A stretch of 58,199 nucleotides of DNA, taken from Anaerolineales bacterium (GTDB lineage Bacteria > Chloroflexota > Anaerolineae > Anaerolineales > E44-bin32). Numbering within the stretch: position 1 is the first letter of the stretch; each line of letters begins with the position of its first letter. Below, piece after piece: positions 50,167 to 58,199 of the stretch. The notes beneath the pieces were generated by a model. The model had not been told where the DNA came from. It made no database searches and saw nothing but the letters and a program-made list of their open reading frames with translations. The position numbers and the translations under genes were made by a program. Where the stretch lies: the NCBI GenBank assembly GCA_048054495.1, contig JBGMQN010000069.1, positions 83,444 to 141,642 on the forward strand, written 5' to 3'.

Positions 50167-51273
50167 CTATTTGCAAGGGTAATCCTTCGAAGGAGCAGGA
50201 TTGAGGACTTCCGGGCGGCAAAGGTACTGGTTGACGTTTGAAGCATCGACGATGACGGTTGGCGTCTCAGTCCATCCGCCTGGATAGACCCCGTTCAGGC
50301 AGTCCACCGCCACCTGGAGCGCTACTTTGCCCATGAGGTAAGGCGTCGTGTTGACTGTGGCTTGCCAGCGACCGGCTGCGATGTCCTCCAGTCCGGTCGT
50401 ATCGCCGTCGTTCCCGAGGATAATCACGTCCTCGCGTCCCAACGCCTCTGCGGCGCGGGCAGCACCGATGGATATGTAGTCATTGGCGGTGACCACCACT
50501 TCGATCTCCGGATTGGCTTGCAGCAGGTCCATCATGGCCGTATTGCCGGTTTCCACGTTCCAAGCCGTAGGCAGACTGGCCACGATTTCCATGCCCGGAT
50601 AGTCGGCGAACGCGTCGAGGTATCCTCCGATGCGCTCGGTGGAATGGTAGCCTGGCAGCCCTTCCAGCACCCCGACTTTGGCCTCGCCGCCGACCAAACC
50701 GACGGTGTACATGCCTTCCTTGAAGGTGCCTTTGCGTTGGCTGTAGCCGACCACGCCGTTAACGGCGGTGGGGAAGTTGGCGATATCGGAGTTGACGATA
50801 ATCACCGCCACCCCATCCTCCACGGCCTGTCTCACAAGCGGTTCAGCTGCGAACTCGTCGTGAGTGGATAGGATGATCGCGTCAACCTCCTGTGTCAGCA
50901 CATCTTGGATCATCCCCATCTGCCCCTCGATGTCGGAGCCGCTCTGGGGAGCGAGCATGAAGGTCTCCACCCCTAGGTCTCCAGCGGCGTCTTCTATCCC
51001 GGCACCGATGGCGATGTAGTAGTTAAACTCCGTTGCCGGGGGCATATAGGCGATAGTGGCCGGCGAGCTGCCGTCGTAGGCCACAGCGGCGCACGAAGCT
51101 TGAGCGCCTTCCTCGAGCGGCACCGGGTTATACGCGGGTTCCGGCGCGGTGTATGCGCCGGCCGGAATCTCGGCCGCTTCGTCTACCGGCGCGGCTTCCT
51201 CCGGTGTAGTAGCTGTGCTACACCCTATCAGAACTAGGGCGAAAGCCAAAAACAAGAGAATTCGGTATTTCAT
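50167..51273 (-). CDS. sugar ABC substrate-binding lipoprotein (periplasmic binding protein type I)
   Basis: Start moved to ATG at 51273-51271 (MKYRILLFLAFALVLIGCS, lipobox LIGC). PBP-I pattern. Confidence 0.85.
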   Translation of the reverse strand: MKYRILLFLAFALVLIGCSTATTPEEAAPVDEAAEIPAGAYTAPEPAYNPVPLEEGAQASCAAVAYDGSSPATIAYMPPATEFNYYIAIGAGIEDAAGDLGVETFMLAPQSGSDIEGQMGMIQDVLTQEVDAIILSTHDEFAAEPLVRQAVEDGVAVIIVNSDIANFPTAVNGVVGYSQRKGTFKEGMYTVGLVGGEAKVGVLEGLPGYHSTERIGGYLDAFADYPGMEIVASLPTAWNVETGNTAMMDLLQANPEIEVVVTANDYISIGAARAAEALGREDVIILGNDGDTTGLEDIAAGRWQATVNTTPYLMGKVALQVAVDCLNGVYPGGWTETPTVIVDASNVNQYLCRPEVLNPAPSKDYPCK

Positions 51274-51393
51274 TCCAGTTCCTTTCTTCTTCTCCTCACC
51301 GCGGATTGTAAGCAGAGGTACTGGTAGCCTAACTCTTAGAGTCTCAGTGCCGGCCACCTCCCTTCTCATTCATGATCAACAGATATACGCTAA

Positions 51394-52548
51394 TCAACGC
51401 GCCGTGCGCTTTCCGCCTCCAAGCACGTCGGTATTAAGCAATGCCTGTACTTCCGCTTTGGTCACAATCGGAAGATCGAACATCAGGGTCTGCTTTAGCC
51501 GGGTGGCCGCGTCTCCAACAAGAAGCCCTTTTTGAATGCCGGCCGAGTCGAACCCTTCGGTGAGCAATCCGTAGTAAAAGCCGCCGTTCCAGCTATCCCC
51601 ACCGCCAAGTCGATCCCCTAGTGTGATGGGTCGGATAGCAGGGGAACGGACAAGGCGCCCGTCTCGATCCATGGCGGCCGACTCCCACCGATGCTGCTCG
51701 AATGTATCCGGGTAACGAATCGTGATGGCGATGATCTGTGCCTCGAACCGCTCCGCCAACTCCGAGCAAAAGGCTCGCAGGTCCACGTCGCGGAGCTCGC
51801 CGATATCGCCTTTCACGATTTGTTCCGAGCTGTACTGGCCACAACCAATCTCGTAGATCTTGGCCATATCCTCGATGGTGGTGACAAAAATGTCCACGTG
51901 CTCGGTGACGAGCGGTGTCATGGTTTCCCGGCATTGCTCGGGACTCCAGAGCGTGGCCCGGTAGTTGAAGTCGAGGCCGACGCGGCAGCCCGCTGGCCTG
52001 GCCTGCATCGCCTCATGAAAGGCGTCCAGCAGGTAGTTCTGTTCGTAGCCGCTGTGGGTTGCCAGGCCAAAGGTAATCCCCGAGGTGTGGAACAGCCGGC
52101 AATCCTTGAGCGCGGCGGACCAATCCACCATCCCCGAGCCGAGCCGACTGGCGGCTGAGTACATGCGCTGATACCAGCCGGTATTCTTGCGGGGCGTGCG
52201 CCCGATCTCGTAAATGAATCTACCGATGGGTTCTGCCCTGGGCGCCCAGGCGATGAAGTCGGTATTCACGCCCTGACCACGCGCGGTGTCGCGCAGCAGC
52301 CACCCATAAGGATTATCCGGAACGCGCGTAACGTAGGCGGAAGGAATTCCAAAACGAGCGAGCGCAACCGCCAGCGTGAGTTCGGAGCCAGCGAGCGATA
52401 GCAGCACGCGCCGAGTACGCTCCGGCCGCTCAAGGTCGTCCGGTGTATCGCGCAGCATCGTTTCGCCCAGACCAACAAAGGCAGGGCCTGATTCCGCAAA
52501 AGCCGACAAATCATCGGTCGTGATTTCGTATGGGATAGCCGCCATCAT
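51394..52548 (-). CDS. PfkB-family sugar/ketodeoxy-sugar kinase (KdgK-like)
   Basis: 384 aa. C-terminal LGGGDSWNGGFYYGLL resembles the PfkB GAGD motif. Confidence 0.75.
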   Translation of the reverse strand: MMAAIPYEITTDDLSAFAESGPAFVGLGETMLRDTPDDLERPERTRRVLLSLAGSELTLAVALARFGIPSAYVTRVPDNPYGWLLRDTARGQGVNTDFIAWAPRAEPIGRFIYEIGRTPRKNTGWYQRMYSAASRLGSGMVDWSAALKDCRLFHTSGITFGLATHSGYEQNYLLDAFHEAMQARPAGCRVGLDFNYRATLWSPEQCRETMTPLVTEHVDIFVTTIEDMAKIYEIGCGQYSSEQIVKGDIGELRDVDLRAFCSELAERFEAQIIAITIRYPDTFEQHRWESAAMDRDGRLVRSPAIRPITLGDRLGGGDSWNGGFYYGLLTEGFDSAGIQKGLLVGDAATRLKQTLMFDLPIVTKAEVQALLNTDVLGGGKRTAR

Positions 52549-52555
52549 CGTTGCT

Positions 52556-53326
52556 CTACCAAGATTCGAGCTGCGCGGTCAGGCCACCGTCCACAAAGAG
52601 TTGGGTGCCGGTGATAAAGGCTGACTCGTCGCTGGCCAGAAACGCGGCCGCATAGCCAATATCCTCCGGCCGGCCAATGCGCTTCATGACTTGCCGCTCC
52701 TCCACCAGGCGCTGCTGCTCGGCCGAATCGTCCTGGCTGTCGAAAATTCCCTGGATCAGCGGTGTGAGCACCCAGCCGGGCGCAATTGCGTTCACCCGGA
52801 TCGTCGGTCCGTAGTCGATCGCCATGTTGCGGGTGAGCGCGGTCAGTCCTCCCTTAGAGGCCGCGTAGGGAGCTACTCCATTCACGGTGGCGTGAGAGTG
52901 GACGGAAGAGATATTAACGATGGCACCCTTGCCCGCCTTCTGCATATGTGGGATGGCGTATTTAGAGCACAGAAAGCCGCCTTTGAGATTCACTGCCAGG
53001 CAGTGGTCCCAGTCTTCGCTGCTCGTCTCAAGGACCGGCGTGTAGATCCCTACTCCGGCGTTGTTGACCAGAATGTCGAGCCCGTGGAGGGCCGCGACCG
53101 CTTTGGCGACCATGGCTTTGACCTGTTCTTCGTTGGATACGTCGCATTCGATGAAGATCGCCTCGCCGCCTGCTTCCTTAAACGCTAACGTGCTGGCCTC
53201 TCCGGTCTCCTTGTCCCAGTCAACGAGCGCTACCTTGGCGCCTTCCTCTAGGAATACCTTGGTAATCCCCCAGCCGATTCCCTTGGCGGCGCCGGTCACA
53301 ATAGCCGCCTTGCCTTTTAGTTTCAT
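52556..53326 (-). CDS. SDR-family oxidoreductase
   Basis: TGAAKGIGWG, NNAG and YAASKGG motifs. Confidence 0.9.
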   Translation of the reverse strand: MKLKGKAAIVTGAAKGIGWGITKVFLEEGAKVALVDWDKETGEASTLAFKEAGGEAIFIECDVSNEEQVKAMVAKAVAALHGLDILVNNAGVGIYTPVLETSSEDWDHCLAVNLKGGFLCSKYAIPHMQKAGKGAIVNISSVHSHATVNGVAPYAASKGGLTALTRNMAIDYGPTIRVNAIAPGWVLTPLIQGIFDSQDDSAEQQRLVEERQVMKRIGRPEDIGYAAAFLASDESAFITGTQLFVDGGLTAQLESW

Positions 53327-53396
53327 GGTTCCTCTCCTACAAATGGACCGTGGGCCGCTGAGCTTGGCGCAAACAGCGGAGATTCCCCCGGCTTGC

Positions 53397-54575
53397 CTAC
53401 CAGGGCTCGCGGGGAGTCGAAAGGAAGTCCGGTTCCTCCGCGCCCACGGCTACGTTGTCTTCGATCCGGATGCCGCCGAAATCGGGGATGTACACGCCCG
53501 GCTCCACGCTGCTGACCATTCCCAGCTCCAGCGTTCCCTCCGCCCCGGGCATGAGGAACGGGATGAATTCGTGATAACGGTATCCGACCGCGTGGCCCGT
53601 GATATGTACGAAATACTCGCCCAGTCCCGCTCTCTCAAGCACCTTCCGCGCGGCACTGTCCGGGTCCGAGAAGGAGGCCCCTGCGACCATCTTGGATGCC
53701 GCCGCTTGCTGGGCTTCTAGCACCGCGTTGTAGACCTCGCGCTGCCGTTCGTTCGGTTCGCCCGCCACCGACACCCAGGTCAGATCCGACCAGTAGCCGT
53801 CCACCACGGTGGCCAGCTCTACCATCACGATGTCACCCTCGTTGATGACCCGAGTTGTGGACGGCACCAACAGGGTGCCTTTGGTGCTGCCTATTGGGCC
53901 GGCGCCTACTTCTGCGGAAGGGCGCACCAACCGTGCGCCGTCGACCCCCGGGCCCTCGGCCCGGATCTTCGCTTCCACGAGCGCCCCCACCTCCACCTCC
54001 GTCATACCCGCGGTCAGCTGCTCGACAAAGGCCCTCATCCCGATCTCCGCGATCGAGTTTGCAGTTCGCAGTCTCTGGAGCTCATAGGGCGTCTTGACCG
54101 CGCGTGCGCCGGCGATCAGGCCAGAAACATCCGACAGGTCTGCGTTAGAAAACGTCTGCTCCAACAGGCCAGACCAGAGGCCGCCGGGCACGACCGGCTC
54201 TGCCATGCGATAGGTGGGGCCGGTGATCTCCAGATCGCGCTCCACTCCGATCTTTGAATTGTTGAGCCTCAGTCGAGTCTTGATCTCGTCCAGAATCGCA
54301 GCGTAGCTGTCGTAAAGATCACCGTCCTTGAGCAGGCCCCAGCCAAAGGTAGAGACCTCGGCCCAATCGGGGTCGGCGTAGTCCTCCTCGATTTCAGGCA
54401 GGAAAAGCAGCGCCTGGCCCTCGTTCGTGAAAGCCGCGACGGAAAAACCATGGTGGGGCCAGTAGTTAGTCAGGTAGACCACATTCTCCGGAAGCTTGCA
54501 AATGACTGCTTCCAGCCCCGCTTCCGCCATCCTCTCCCGGAGTCGGTCCCGTCTCAGATTGTCAACTTCGGTCAT
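53397..54575 (-). CDS. M24-family metallopeptidase / creatinase-prolidase fold hydrolase
   Basis: Creatinase-like N-domain. C-domain has HITGHAVG, VEPGVY and IRIEDNV metal ligand context. Confidence 0.8.
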   Translation of the reverse strand: MTEVDNLRRDRLRERMAEAGLEAVICKLPENVVYLTNYWPHHGFSVAAFTNEGQALLFLPEIEEDYADPDWAEVSTFGWGLLKDGDLYDSYAAILDEIKTRLRLNNSKIGVERDLEITGPTYRMAEPVVPGGLWSGLLEQTFSNADLSDVSGLIAGARAVKTPYELQRLRTANSIAEIGMRAFVEQLTAGMTEVEVGALVEAKIRAEGPGVDGARLVRPSAEVGAGPIGSTKGTLLVPSTTRVINEGDIVMVELATVVDGYWSDLTWVSVAGEPNERQREVYNAVLEAQQAAASKMVAGASFSDPDSAARKVLERAGLGEYFVHITGHAVGYRYHEFIPFLMPGAEGTLELGMVSSVEPGVYIPDFGGIRIEDNVAVGAEEPDFLSTPREPW

Positions 54576-54667
54576 ATTGCTCTCCTCAACGACTACTTGA
54601 TGCTCAAGTGGAACCGTGGGCTCGCTTGAGCATCGGGCTGACCCAATGCTCCGCCCCCATCTCGGAC

Positions 54668-55348
54668 TCAGAGCCTGCCGAACTCGGCCAGCAGCTCCTC
54701 GACCGATTTACCTTCCTTGATGCGCTTGCGGGTCTCTTCTTCCTTTTCTGCCTGTTCCCGAGCTGCGCGCAGGATCCCTTCCGCAGCCGACAAGGCCACG
54801 ACCGTCACTCCCACCTCGTCTCCAATAACGATGTCCCCCGGGTTGACGATCACCCCGCCGCATTGAATGGGAACATTGATCTCGAGCGGCTCCATGCGGC
54901 CGGAAAAGGGAGTGTGTGTGGAGCGTGGGACGATGGCCTTGGAGAAAATGTGGAAGCCGAGATCACGGATCTCATCCGTGTCGCGAATAGCGCCATCAAC
55001 CACCGCGCCTACCACGCCCTTCATCTGGGAAAGACCAGCCATCAGCCCACCCCAGATCGAGGTTTCGGTTTCGCCGGCGGCATCGACGACGATGACGTCC
55101 CCGGATTCAGCGACTGATAATGCGTCGAGGCAGTCCACCTGATTCCCGGGCTCCAGCCGCACGGTCAGGGCTGGGCCGGCAAAACGCACGCTCTGGGTCA
55201 GGGGACGAATATCGCTGTGCATGACGCCCGCCCGTTTTTGAGCATCCGCAACTACACACGACGGGCTGTAGATCTCAAGCAGATCCACGAATCCCTGCAG
55301 GACCTCTGAACTCGGTCCCACTTCACGCGGCAATGCTTTCTTACCCAA
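54668..55348 (-). CDS. RraA-family protein (putative 4-hydroxy-2-oxoacid aldolase / oxaloacetate decarboxylase type)
   Basis: GDVIVVDAAGE...WGGLMA...VVDGAIRDTDEIRDLGFHIF motif. Confidence 0.8.
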   Translation of the reverse strand: MGKKALPREVGPSSEVLQGFVDLLEIYSPSCVVADAQKRAGVMHSDIRPLTQSVRFAGPALTVRLEPGNQVDCLDALSVAESGDVIVVDAAGETETSIWGGLMAGLSQMKGVVGAVVDGAIRDTDEIRDLGFHIFSKAIVPRSTHTPFSGRMEPLEINVPIQCGGVIVNPGDIVIGDEVGVTVVALSAAEGILRAAREQAEKEEETRKRIKEGKSVEELLAEFGRL

Positions 55349-56162
55349 GCGTAGCCTCCTTCCTCGAGACGCCGGCTGCTCGCGCCTCGATGTACCCTAA
55401 ATCCCGTGAGATGCCTTGCGAGGCACGCACCGTCCTGCCGACTAAATCCTGCTCGTCCATTAACGACTTAATTCGACCTGCAGGCCCGCTGACGCTCACG
55501 GCCGCCACCACTTCGCCGTTCGGATCAAACACCGGGGCCGCAACGCAGCGAACCTCCGGTTCGTGCTCCTCCATATCAAGGGCATAACCTTGCTGCTGGA
55601 TCCGACTCAGGTGGCGGATAAGTTCGCCGAGGTTTGTAATGGTGTTAGGAGTGAATCGGTGGAGCCTTCGCACGTCGAAGTGCGATCTTACGGTCTCCGG
55701 ATCGAGGTAGGCAAGCAGTGCTTTTCCAAGGCCTGTGCAGTAGGAGGGCGATCGTCCGCCCACCTGAGAGGACATGATCCCGATGGCGTGCAATCCGGGT
55801 AGCTTTTCCAGGTAGACCACCTCCATGTCTGCGAGCAGCCCCAGGTGCACCGTCTCGGACGTCTCATCTCGCAACGCCTCCAGTTCTGGGAGTGCGACCT
55901 GGCGCATGTCGCTTCCGGCCTGATAGGCGCGGGCCAGCTCGAGACAGGCCAATCCGAGGCGGTAACCGCCCCTGCGCTTGTCGTGCGCCACATAATCGTG
56001 GCTGGTGAGGGTAGAGAGCAGCCTGTAGGTGGAGCTTTCGCTCAGCTCGATGCTTTTGGCGAGCTCGGGCAGCCTCTTCGTTTGGCCGTCGGAGAGCAGT
56101 GATAGCAGGGCGATGGCTCGCTCGAGCACACGGATGTTGTAGCGGCCATGGGTCTCTTGCAT
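55341..56162 (-). CDS. IclR-family transcriptional regulator
   Basis: N-terminal wHTH (ELAKSIELSESSTYRLLSTL) plus an IclR effector domain. AGGAGAGG precedes the ATG. 8-nt overlap with the RraA-like gene. Confidence 0.9.
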   Translation of the reverse strand: MQETHGRYNIRVLERAIALLSLLSDGQTKRLPELAKSIELSESSTYRLLSTLTSHDYVAHDKRRGGYRLGLACLELARAYQAGSDMRQVALPELEALRDETSETVHLGLLADMEVVYLEKLPGLHAIGIMSSQVGGRSPSYCTGLGKALLAYLDPETVRSHFDVRRLHRFTPNTITNLGELIRHLSRIQQQGYALDMEEHEPEVRCVAAPVFDPNGEVVAAVSVSGPAGRIKSLMDEQDLVGRTVRASQGISRDLGYIEARAAGVSRKEATLG

Positions 56163-56675
56163 CGTCCTCTCCTATTCCGCCCCGCCCGCCTCCGAACCTG
56201 CGTCGCGCGGGTAGGCAATAATGTAAGAATTAGGCCTCTAACTCACCGATCGCAGTGAGCCTACGAGCGGAGCTGCTGTCGATCGATCAAAATTCACTTA
56301 TCGATTCGTTCGAGCAAGGCATCGGACAGGAGCGATTGCTCCAGTCCCAAATGGGTGAATTCTGCAAAGGTGAGACTTTTATCAATTGAAAGCGGCTTTT
56401 ACTGTACGAAAATGTAGCAGGGTATTCTCGTCCTGTCAAGCCACGCAATCAATGGTGTCCGATTTCGGTCAGTGAAAACCGTTTTCGATGAATAAAAGTG
56501 TACGGGCCCGCGCGGGTCATTGCAATCGATAAATGTCACTTCCCCGGTATGGTTGCCTGCCCTCGTCTTTGTGCGTGGGACAGTGAAGCCATGGAAGATG
56601 CCAGAATACGCAGACGCTGCCATTGTGGTGTCTGAGCCGAACGAAGGGCAAGGCGGAAGGCTGATTTGCACCGCA

Positions 56676-56684
56676 TGCTATAAT
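56676..56684 (+). promoter_or_regulatory. extended -10 promoter element (TGCTATAAT)
   Basis: TGn + perfect TATAAT in a GC-rich genome, with no good -35. The expected TSS near 56690-56692 lies just upstream of ATG 56695. Confidence 0.4.
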
Positions 56685-56694
56685 CTGCGCCGCG

Positions 56695-56769
56695 ATGCGT
56701 GTGGACACCCGAGCCAATTCGAACGATAACAATCCCGAAAGTCATCGGGTAGGCACGCGCACAGGCTAG
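56695..56769 (+). CDS. candidate leader peptide MRVDTRANSNDNNPESHRVGTRTG
   Basis: 24-codon ORF between an extended -10 promoter and the aspS-proximal terminator. Codons 8-13 are Asn-Ser-Asn-Asp-Asn-Asn. No SD, so it would have to be translated leaderless or nearly so. Confidence 0.3.
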   Translation: MRVDTRANSNDNNPESHRVGTRTG

Positions 56770-56791
56770 CTAAGTTCAAACAGAATTGCGC

Positions 56792-56828
56792 CGCCGCCCG
56801 AGAGGCTCTTCCGGGCGGCGTTGTTTTT
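56792..56828 (+). terminator. intrinsic terminator inside the aspS leader (attenuator)
   Basis: CGCCGCCCG / CGGGCGGCG form a 9-bp all-GC stem with an 11-nt loop, followed by TTGTTTTTAT. It ends 3 nt before the aspS SD. Confidence 0.8.
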
Positions 56829-56841
56829 ATAAGGAGGCAAT

Positions 56842-58199
56842 ATGTTCAAGACACATGGCTGTGGCGAACTTCGTGTCGAGCACGTGGGCGAGCAGGTCGA
56901 GCTGGCCGGCTGGGTCAATCGCAGGCGAGATCATGGCGGACTGACCTTCGTGGACCTGCGCGATAGGTCGGGCGTGGTCCAGACCGTCTCGAACCCCGAG
57001 CTCTCGAAGGAGGTGCACGCCATCGCCGAACAGGTCCGTTCTGAATGGGTGCTGCATATCGTGGGGGAGGTCCGTGCGCGACCGGAGGGCATGCAGAACA
57101 CGAGCCTGCCGACGGGCGAGGTGGAGGTCGAGATCAAAGAACTCGAAGTCCTCAACCCGGCCAAGACTCCGCCGTTCACGATCAACGAAGAGTCGGAGGT
57201 GGACGAAATGGTGCGCCTGAAGTATCGCTATCTGGACCTGCGCAGAGAACGCCTGCAGCGGAACCTCGAGCTCCGTCACAATGTGATCCAGTTCATCCGG
57301 GACGAACTCGGAGCGCGCGGCTTCTGGGAGATCGAGACCCCGATCCTGTTTAAAGCCACGCCGGAAGGAGCACGGGACTACCTGGTGCCATCCCGTCTCT
57401 ACCCGGGGGAGGCCTACGCGCTGCCCCAGTCGCCCCAGCAGCTCAAGCAGCTGCTGATGGTGGCCGGAACCGAGCGGTACTTCCAAATCGCGCGCTGTTT
57501 CCGTGACGAGGACCAGCGCGGCGACCGGCAACCCGAGTTCACGCAGCTAGATATAGAGATGTCCTTCGTAGAGCGCGAGGATGTCATGCAGCTGCTCGAG
57601 GGAGTTTATTCATCGCTGGTCGAGCAGCTCTTTCCTGAGCGAGCGGTATTCGCAAAGCCCTGGCCGCGTCTCACCTATCAAGAGTCGATGGATCGTTTCG
57701 GCACGGATCGCCCGGATCTGAGGTTCGGATTGGAGCTCAAGGATATTTCCGATCTGGCGGCGGGGAGCGGCTTCAAGGTCTTCGAGGGGGCGGTCGACAG
57801 CGGAGGCGAGGTGCGGGGCATCAACTGCGAGGGATGTGGACACTTCAGCCGGCGCGAGATCGATGAATTGACGGAGATGATCAAACCATTTGGGGCGCAG
57901 GGGCTGGCATATCTGGCGCCGCAGGAGTCGGGCGAGCCCCGATCATCGTTTGCCAAATTCCTACCCTCCGACCGCTCCTATGCCATCATCAAGCGGATGG
58001 AGGCGAACCCCGGTGATCTGCTTCTGTTTGTGGCCGGCAAGCGGGGGGTGGTGCTTGAGTCGCTGAGCCGGCTCCGCGCGCACCTTGGAGCCCGCCTCGA
58101 ACTCTATGATTCGGACCTGCTGGCGTTTTGCTGGGTGATCGACTTCCCGCTGGTTCAGTGGGATCCTGACGGTGAGCGCTGGGATCCGAGCCACCATCT
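56842..58199 (+). CDS. aspS: aspartate--tRNA ligase (3'-truncated by the window end)
   Basis: Absent from the ORF track because it has no stop in the window. ATG 56842 follows AAGGAGG (56831-56837). MFKTHGCGELRVEHVGEQVELAGWVNRRRDHGGLTFVDLRDRSG and class-II motif FQIARCFRDED. Confidence 0.9.
   Translation, partial: MFKTHGCGELRVEHVGEQVELAGWVNRRRDHGGLTFVDLRDRSGVVQTVSNPELSKEVHAIAEQVRSEWVLHIVGEVRARPEGMQNTSLPTGEVEVEIKELEVLNPAKTPPFTINEESEVDEMVRLKYRYLDLRRERLQRNLELRHNVIQFIRDELGARGFWEIETPILFKATPEGARDYLVPSRLYPGEAYALPQSPQQLKQLLMVAGTERYFQIARCFRDEDQRGDRQPEFTQLDIEMSFVEREDVMQLLEGVYSSLVEQLFPERAVFAKPWPRLTYQESMDRFGTDRPDLRFGLELKDISDLAAGSGFKVFEGAVDSGGEVRGINCEGCGHFSRREIDELTEMIKPFGAQGLAYLAPQESGEPRSSFAKFLPSDRSYAIIKRMEANPGDLLLFVAGKRGVVLESLSRLRAHLGARLELYDSDLLAFCWVIDFPLVQWDPDGERWDPSHH

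Noticed and set aside
56656-56671. A -35 element for the aspS leader promoter.
   Set aside because: TTGCAC at 56666-56671 is only 7 nt from the -10. Hexamers at 17-18 nt spacing (GAAGGC, GGAAGG) are poor. The promoter call therefore rests only on the extended -10 and is low confidence.
56520-56729. A 69-aa + strand ORF (or a 43-aa version from ATG 56596) with CTAC...C in the iclR-aspS spacer.
   Set aside because: It has no SD, runs across the predicted promoter, and has atypical composition. It cannot be supported from sequence alone.
56690-56830. A T-box riboswitch reading of the aspS leader. GAC followed by A at 56704-56707 would be an Asp specifier, and GGGTAGGCACGCG at 56747-56759 resembles the T-box GGGUGGUACCGCG.
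   Set aside because: Only about 9 of 13 positions match, and the near-invariant UGGN acceptor-binding bulge is not intact (UAGGC). With a TSS near 56691 the leader is too short for a normal Stem I. I keep it as the competing hypothesis, to be tested with cmsearch.

Overview
High-GC bacterial chromosomal window (about 60-65% GC by eye) with 47 supportable protein-coding genes. I found no rRNA, tRNA, CRISPR array, transposase or integrase. All family calls come from motif recognition on the supplied translations; no searches were run.

Left third, + strand: carbamate kinase, a BMP-type nucleoside ABC importer, adenine deaminase, two fold-type-II PLP enzymes flanking a GT2 glycosyltransferase, a hypothetical/DUF2207/Zn-ribbon membrane trio, dihydropyrimidinase/hydantoinase, an HtrA protease, one AT-rich foreign-looking RibD_C-like gene, and phosphoketolase plus acetate kinase.

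Centre, 23.3-45.6 kb: 21 co-directional, tightly packed genes. They include three paralogous xanthine-dehydrogenase-family molybdenum hydroxylase modules, each with a different subunit-fusion layout. They also include SsnA, XdhC, a YqeB/EF2563-like protein and a YqeC-MocA fusion, which are markers of selenium-dependent molybdenum hydroxylase maturation. An F420 block sits between modules 1 and 2: fno, cofE, cofD, cofC, a stand-alone FbiB-C-like nitroreductase, and PPOX- and LLM-class F420 enzymes.

Right, minus strand: an IclR-headed sugar or sugar-acid ABC uptake and KDG/KDPG-type catabolic operon. It is followed on the + strand by a 3'-truncated aspS.

Most notable observations:
- A possible F420-coupled variant of the ssnA/hyuA/yqeA-type purine degradation system.
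- An aspS leader in which a strong intrinsic terminator must be read through, preceded by a short ORF with an Asn/Asp codon cluster.
- Two conserved N-termini (ackA, xdhC) that can only be reached from non-canonical start codons.
- A roughly 1 kb low-GC single-gene island.
- Unexplained tandem repeats inside the third hydroxylase module.

The host is probably an F420-producing high-GC lineage such as Chloroflexota/Thermomicrobia or Actinomycetota; this is inference only.
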